Shown: positions 57,241-64,000 of the stretch, piece by piece
Position numbering within the stretch: position 1 is the first letter of the stretch
Layout: each line of letters begins with the position of its first letter
DNA from: Eledone cirrhosa
Taxonomy: Eukaryota
Reading direction: 5' to 3'
DNA length: 64,000 nt
Assembly: GCA_964016885.1 (NCBI GenBank)
Contig: OZ024745.1
Span: 91,636,001 to 91,700,000 of the forward strand
Notes under the pieces: generated by a model
Told to the model about the DNA's origin: nothing
Seen by the model: only the letters and a program-made list of their open reading frames with translations
Database searches by the model: none
Position numbers and translations under genes: made by a program

Positions 57241-60200
57241 CAGTAAGTTATATTACCCTGTCTGAGTATCAAACAGCTCCACTAGATACAGTAAGTTATA
57301 TTACTCTGTCTGAGTATCAAACAGCTCCACTAGATACAGTAAGTTATATTACTCTGTCTGAGTATCAAACAGCTCCACTAGATACAGTAAGTTATATTAC
57401 TCTGTCTGAGTATCAAACAGCTCCACTAGATACAGTAAGTTATATTACTCTGTCTGAGTATCAAACAGCTCCACTAGATACAGTAAGTTATATTACTCTG
57501 TCTGAGTATCAAACACCTCCACTAGATACAGTAAGTTATATTACTCTGTCTGAGTATCAAACAGCTCCACTAGATACAGTAAGTTATATTACTCTGTCTG
57601 ATTATCAAACAGCTCCACTAGATGCAGTAAGTTATATTACTCTGTCTGATTATCAAACAGCTCCACTACATACAGTAAGTTATATTACTCTGCCTGAGTA
57701 TCAAACAGCTCCACTACATACAGTAAGTTATATTACTCTGCCTGAGTATCAAACAGCTCCACTAGATACAGTAAGTTATATTACTTTGTCTGAGTATCAA
57801 ACACCTCCACTAGATACAGTAAGTTATATTACTCTGTCTGAGTATCAAACAGCTCCACTAGATACAGTAAGTTATATTACTCTGTCTGAGTATCAAACAG
57901 CTCCACTAGATACAGTAAGTTATATTACTCTGTCTGAGTATCAAACAGCTCCACTAGATACAGTAAGTTATATTACTCTGTCTGAGTATCAAACAGCTCC
58001 ACTATATAAAGTAAGTTATATTACTCTGTCTGAGTATCAAACAGCTCCACTAGATACAGTAAGTTATATTACTCTGTCTGAGTATCAAACAGCTCCACTA
58101 GATACAGTAAGTTATATTACTCTGTCTGAGTATCAAACACCTCCACTAGATACAGTAAGTTATATTACTCTGTCTGAGTATCAAACAGCTCCACTAGATA
58201 CAGTAAGTTATATTACTCTGCCTGAGTATCAAACAGCTCCACTAGATGCAGTAAGTTATATTACTCTGTCTGATTATCAAACAGCTCCACTACATACAGT
58301 AAGTTATATTACTCTGCCTGAGTATCAAACAGCTCCACTACATACAGTAAGTTATATTACTCTGCCTGAGTATCAAACAGCTCCACTACATACAGTAAGT
58401 TATATTACTCTGCCTGAGTATCAAACAGCTCCACTAGATACAGTAAGGTATATTACGCTGTCTGAGTATCAAACAGCTCCCCTAGATACAGTAAGTTATA
58501 TTACTCTGCCTGAGTATCAAATAGCTCCACTAGATACAGTAAGTTATATTACACTGCCTGAGTATGAAACAGCTCCACTAGGTACAGTAAGTTATATTAC
58601 TCTGCCTGAGTATCAAACAGTTCCACTAGATGCAGTAAGTTATATTACTCTGCCTGAGTATCAAACAACTCCACTAGATACAGTAAGTTATATTACTCTG
58701 CCTGCGTATCAAACAGCTCCACTAGATACAGTAAGTTATATTACTCTGCCTGAGTATCAAACAGCTCCACTAGATACAGTAAGTTATATTACTCTGTCTG
58801 AGTATCAAACAGCTCCACTAGATACTGTAAGTTATATTACTCTGTCTGAGTATCAAATAGCTCCACTAGATGCAGTAAGTTATATTACTCTGCCTGAGTA
58901 TCAAACAGCTCCACTACATACAGTAAGTTATATTACTCTGCCTGAGTATCAAACAGCTCCACTAGATACAGTAAGTTATGTTACTCTGCCTGAGTATCAA
59001 ACAGCTCCACTAGATACAGTAAGTTATATTACTCTGCCTGAGTATCAAACAGCTCCACTAGATACAGTAAGTTATGTTACTCTGTCTGAGTATCAAACAG
59101 CTCCACTACATACAGTAAGTTATATTACTCTGCCTGAGTATCAAACAGCTCCACTAGATACAGTAAGTTATATTACTCTGCCTGAGTATCAAACAGCTCC
59201 ACTAGATACAGTAAGTTATATTACTCTGCCTGAGTATCAAACAGCTCCACTAGATACAGTAAGTTATATTACTCTGCCTGAGTATCAAACAGCTCCACTA
59301 GATACAGTAAGTTATATTACTCTGCCTGAGTATCAAACAGCTCCACTAGATACAGTAAGTTATATTACTCTGCCTGAGTATCAAACAGCTCCACTAGATA
59401 CAGTAAGTTATATTACTCTGTCTGAGTATCAAACAGCTCCCCTAGATACAGTAAGTTATATTACTCTGCCTGAGTATCAAATAGCTCCACTAGATACAGT
59501 AAGTTATATTACACTGCCTGAGTATGAAACAGCTCCACTAGATACAGTAAGTTATGTTACTCTGTCTGAGTATCAAACAGCTCCACTACATACAGTAAGT
59601 TATATTACTCTGCCTGAGTATCAAACAGCTCCACTAGATACAGTAAGTTATATTACTCTGCCTGAGTATCAAACAGCTCCACTAGATACAGTAAGTTATA
59701 TTACTCTGCCTGAGTATCAAACAGCTCCACTACATACAGTAAGTTATATTACTCTGCCTGAGTATCAAACAGCTCCACTACATACAGTAAGTTATATTAC
59801 TCCGCCTGAGTATCAAACAGCTCCACTAGATACAGTAAGTTATATTACTCTGTCTGAGTATCAAACACCTCCACTAGATACAGTAAGTTATATTACTCTG
59901 TCTGAGTATCAAACAGCTCCACTAGATACAGTAAGTTATATTACTCTGTCTGAGTATCAAACACCTCCACTAGATACAGTAAGTTATATTACTCTGTCTG
60001 AGTATCAAACAGCTCCACTAGATACAGTAAGTTATATTACTCTGTCTGAGTATCAAACAGCTCCACTAGATACAGTAAGTTATATTACTCTGTCTGAGTA
60101 TCAAACAGCTCCACTAGATACAGTAAGTTATATTACTCTGTCTGAGTATCAAACAGCTCCACTAGATACAGTAAGTTATATTACTCTGCCTGAGTATCAA

Positions 60201-63200
60201 ACAGCTCCACTAGATACAGTAAGTTATATTGCTCTGTCTGAGTATCAAACAGCTCCCCTAGATACAGTAAGTTATATTACTCTGTCTGAGTATCAAACAG
60301 CTCCACTAGATACAGTAAGTTATATTACTCTGTCTGAGTATCAAACAGCTCCACTAGATACAGTAAGTTATATTACTCTGTCTGAGTATCAAACAGCTCC
60401 ACTAGATACAGTAAGTTATATTACTCTGTCTGAGTATCAAACACCTCCACTAGATACAGTAAGTTATATTACTCTGTCTGAGTATCAAACAGCTCCACTA
60501 GATACAGTAAGTTATATTACTCTGTCTGAGTATCAAACAGCTCCACTAGATACAGTAAGTTATATTACTCTGCCTGAGTATCAAACAGCTCCACTAGATA
60601 CAGTGTTATATTACTCTGCCTGAGTATCAAACAGCTCCACTAGGTACAGTAAGTTATATTACTCTGCCTGAGTATCAAACAGCTCCACTAGATACAGTAA
60701 GTTATATTACTCTGTCTGAGTATCAAACAGCTCCACTAGATACAGTAAGTTATATTACTCTGCCTGAGTATCAAACAGCTCCACTAGATACAGTAAGTTA
60801 TATTACTCTGTCTGAGTATCAAACAGCTCCCCTAGATACAGTAAGTTATATTACTCTGTCTGAGTATCAAACATCTCCCCTAGATACAGTAAGTTATATT
60901 ACTCTGCCTGAGTATCAAACAGCTCCACTACATACAGTAAGTTATATTACTCCGCCTGAGTATCAAACAGCTCCACTACATACAGTAAGTTATATTACTC
61001 TGCCTGAGTATCAAACAGCTCCCCTAGATACGGTAAGTTATATTACTCTGTCTGAGTATCAAACAGCTCCACTAGATACAGTAAGTTATATTACTCTGTC
61101 TGAGTATCAAACAGCTCCACTAGATACAGTAAGTTATATTACTCTGCCTGAGTATCAAACAGCTCCACTAGATACAGTAAGTTATATTACTCTGCCTGAG
61201 TATCAAACAGCTCCACTAGATACAGTAAGTTATATTACTCTGTCTGAGTATCAAACAGCTCCACTAGATACAGTAAGTTATATTACTCTGCCTGAGTATC
61301 AAACAGCTCCACTACATACAGTAAGTTATATTACTCTGTCTGAGTATCAAACAGCTCCACTACATACAGTAAGTTATATTACTCTGTCTGAGTATCAAAC
61401 ACCTCCACTAGATACAGTAAGTTATATTACCCTGTCTGAGTATCAAACAGCTCCACTAGATACAGTAAGTTATATTACTCTGTCTGAGTATCAAACAGCT
61501 CCACTAGATACAGTAAGTTATATTACTCTGTCTGAGTATCAAACAGCTCCACTAGATACAGTAAGTTATATTACTCTGTCTGAGTATCAAACAGCTCCAC
61601 TAGATACAGTAAGTTATATTACTCTGTCTGAGTATCAAACACCTCCACTAGATACAGTAAGTTATATTACTCTGTCTGAGTATCAAACAGCTCCACTAGA
61701 TACAGTAAGTTATATTACTCTGTCTGATTATCAAACAGCTCCACTAGATGCAGTAAGTTATATTACTCTGTCTGATTATCAAACAGCTCCACTACATACA
61801 GTAAGTTATATTACTCTGCCTGAGTATCAAACAGATCCACTACATACAGTAAGTTATATTACTCTGCCTGAGTATCAAACAGCTCCACTAGATACAGTAA
61901 GTTATATTACTTTGTCTGAGTATCAAACACCTCCACTAGATACAGTAAGTTATATTACTCTGTCTGAGTATCAAACAGCTCCACTAGATACAGTAAGTTA
62001 TATTACTCTGTCTGAGTATCAAACAGCTCCACTAGATACAGTAAGTTATATTACTCTGTCTGAGTATCAAACAGCTCCACTAGATACAGTAAGTTATATT
62101 ACTCTGTCTGAGTATCAAACAGCTCCACTATATAAAGTAAGTTATATTACTCTGTCTGAGTATCAAACAGCTCCACTAGATACAGTAAGTTATATTACTC
62201 TGTCTGAGTATCAAACAGCTCCACTAGATACAGTAAGTTATATTACTCTGTCTGAGTATCAAACACCTCCACTAGATACAGTAAGTTATATTACTCTGTC
62301 TGAGTATCAAACAGCTCCACTAGATACAGTAAGTTATATTACTCTGCCTGAGTATCAAACAGCTCCACTAGATGCAGTAAGTTATATTACTCTGTCTGAT
62401 TATCAAACAGCTCCACTACATACAGTAAGTTATATTACTCTGCCTGAGTATCAAACAGCTCCACTACATACAGTAAGTTATATTACTCTGCCTGAGTATC
62501 AAACAGCTCCACTACATACAGTAAGTTATATTACTTCGCCTGAGTATCAAACAGCTCCACTACATACAGTAAGTTATATTACTCTGCCTGAGTATCAAAC
62601 AGCTCCACTAGATACAGTAAGTTATATTACTCTGCCTGAGTATCAAACAGCTCCACTAGATACAGTAAGTTATATTACGCTGTCTGAGTATCAAACAGCT
62701 CCCCTAGATACAGTAAGTTATATTACTCTGCCTGAGTATCAAATAGCTCCACTAGATACAGTAAGTTATATTACACTGCCTGAGTATGAAACAGCTCCAC
62801 TAGGTACAGTAAGTTATATTACTCTGCCTGAGTATCAAACAGTTCCACTAGATGCAGTAAGTTATATTACTCTGCCTGAGTATCAAACAACTCCACTAGA
62901 TACAGTAAGTTATATTACTCTGCCTGCGTATCAAACAGCTCCACTAGATACAGTAAGTTATATTACTCTGCCTGAGTATCAAACAGCTCCACTAGATACA
63001 GTAAGTTATATTACTCTGTCTGAGTATCAAACAGCTCCACTAGATACAGTAAGTTATATTACTCTGTCTGAGTATCAAATAGCTCCACTAGACAGTAAGT
63101 TATATTACTCTGCCTGAGTATCAAACTGCTCCACTACATACAGTAAGTTATATTACTCTGCCTGAGTATCAAACAGCTCCACTAGATACAGTAAGTTATA

Positions 63201-64000
63201 TTACTCTGCCTGAGTATCAAACAGCTCCACTAGATACAGTAAGTTATATTACTCTGCCTGAGTATCAAACAGCTCCACTAGATACAGTAAGTTATGTTAT
63301 TCTGTCTGAGTATCAAACAGCTCCACTAGATACAGTAAGTTATATTACTCTGCCTGAGTATCAAACAGCTCCACTAGATACAGTAAGTTATATTACTCTG
63401 CCTGAGTATCAAACAGCTCCACTAGATACAGTAAGTTATATTACTCTGTCTGAGTATCAAACAGCTCCACTAGATACAGTAAGTTATATTACTCTGCCTG
63501 AGTATCAAACAGCTCCACTACATACAGTAAGTTATATTACTCTGCCTGAGTATCAAACAGCTCCACTACATACAGTAAGTTATATTACTCTGCCTGAGTA
63601 TCAAACAGCTCCACTAGATACGGTAAGTTATATTACTCTGTCTGAGTATCAAACAGCTCCCCTAGATACAGTAAGTTATATTACTCCGCCTGAGTATCAA
63701 ACAGCTCCACTAGATACAGTAAGTTATATTACTCTGTCTGAGTATCAAACACCTCCACTAGAGACAGTAAGTTATATTACTCTGTCTGAGTATCAAACAG
63801 CTCCACTAGATACAGTAAGTTATATTACTCTGCCTGAGTATCAAACAGCTCCACTAGATACAGTAAGTTATATTACGCTGTCTGAGTATCAAACAGCTCC
63901 CCTAGATACAGTAAGTTATATTACTCTGCCTGAGTATCAAATAGCTCCACTAGATACAGTAAGTTATATTACTCTGCCTGAGTATCAAACAGTTCCACTA

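Larger units (their letters stand above)
1..64000. repeat. 48-bp tandem repeat (satellite / very long minisatellite) array, about 1333 monomers, extending past both window edges
   Basis: Monomer ACAGCTCCACTAGATACAGTAAGTTATATTACTCTGYCTGAGTATCAA recurs every 48 bp from 1 to 64000 in one orientation. Most copies carry 0-2 substitutions besides the T/C dimorphism at monomer position 37. The indel tally (+48, -40, -4 = +4) agrees with the phase of the last monomer at 63989. Confidence 0.99.

Noticed and set aside
57786-63117. 945-aa and 401-aa ORFs
   Set aside because: They use the same TTG start and end at single 2-bp deletions (~60605 and ~63093), so they are translations of the satellite.
1-64000. 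CRISPR array, suggested by the partly palindromic repeat
   Set aside because: There are no unique spacers, since the whole 48 bp is repeated, and no leader or cas genes.
1-64000. T/C dimorphism at monomer position 37 as a binary code or programmed diversification (DGR or antigenic-variation cassettes)
   Set aside because: The pattern is inherited in blocks with the duplications. There is no reverse transcriptase, recombinase, expression site or adenine-specific variation.
1-64000. Telomeric repeat or replication-origin iterons
   Set aside because: There is no G-rich telomerase-type motif, chromosome end or rep gene, and the copy number is far beyond iteron arrays. A subtelomeric location cannot be judged from this window.

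Overview
The whole 64 kb window is one uninterrupted, head-to-tail, single-orientation tandem array of a 48-bp monomer, consensus ACAGCTCCACTAGATACAGTAAGTTATATTACTCTG(T/C)CTGAGTATCAA (17-18 G+C of 48, no CpG). Phase arithmetic gives 1333 full monomers plus a 12-bp partial one: the last monomer starts at 63989 = 1 + 1333x48 + 4, matching the indels I counted (twelve +4, ten -4, two -2). I see no unique sequence, credible gene, RNA gene, transposon or CRISPR array. The ORF track is best explained as a by-product: 48 is divisible by 3, one of six frames has no stop, every start is the same CTG>TTG variant and every end is a frameshift. The real structure lies in the variant pattern: multi-monomer cassettes, nested irregular higher-order duplications (2356, 8496, 9744 and 18240 bp offsets), recombinant cassettes, a probable conversion tract, and an apparently younger core between two related, more diverged flanks. 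It looks like eukaryotic satellite/VNTR DNA, but I cannot identify the organism or repeat family. I found no well-supported new biological system; functional ideas (TATA variant, splice-donor array, ITIM-like peptide) are flagged as speculation. All variant counts were made by eye.
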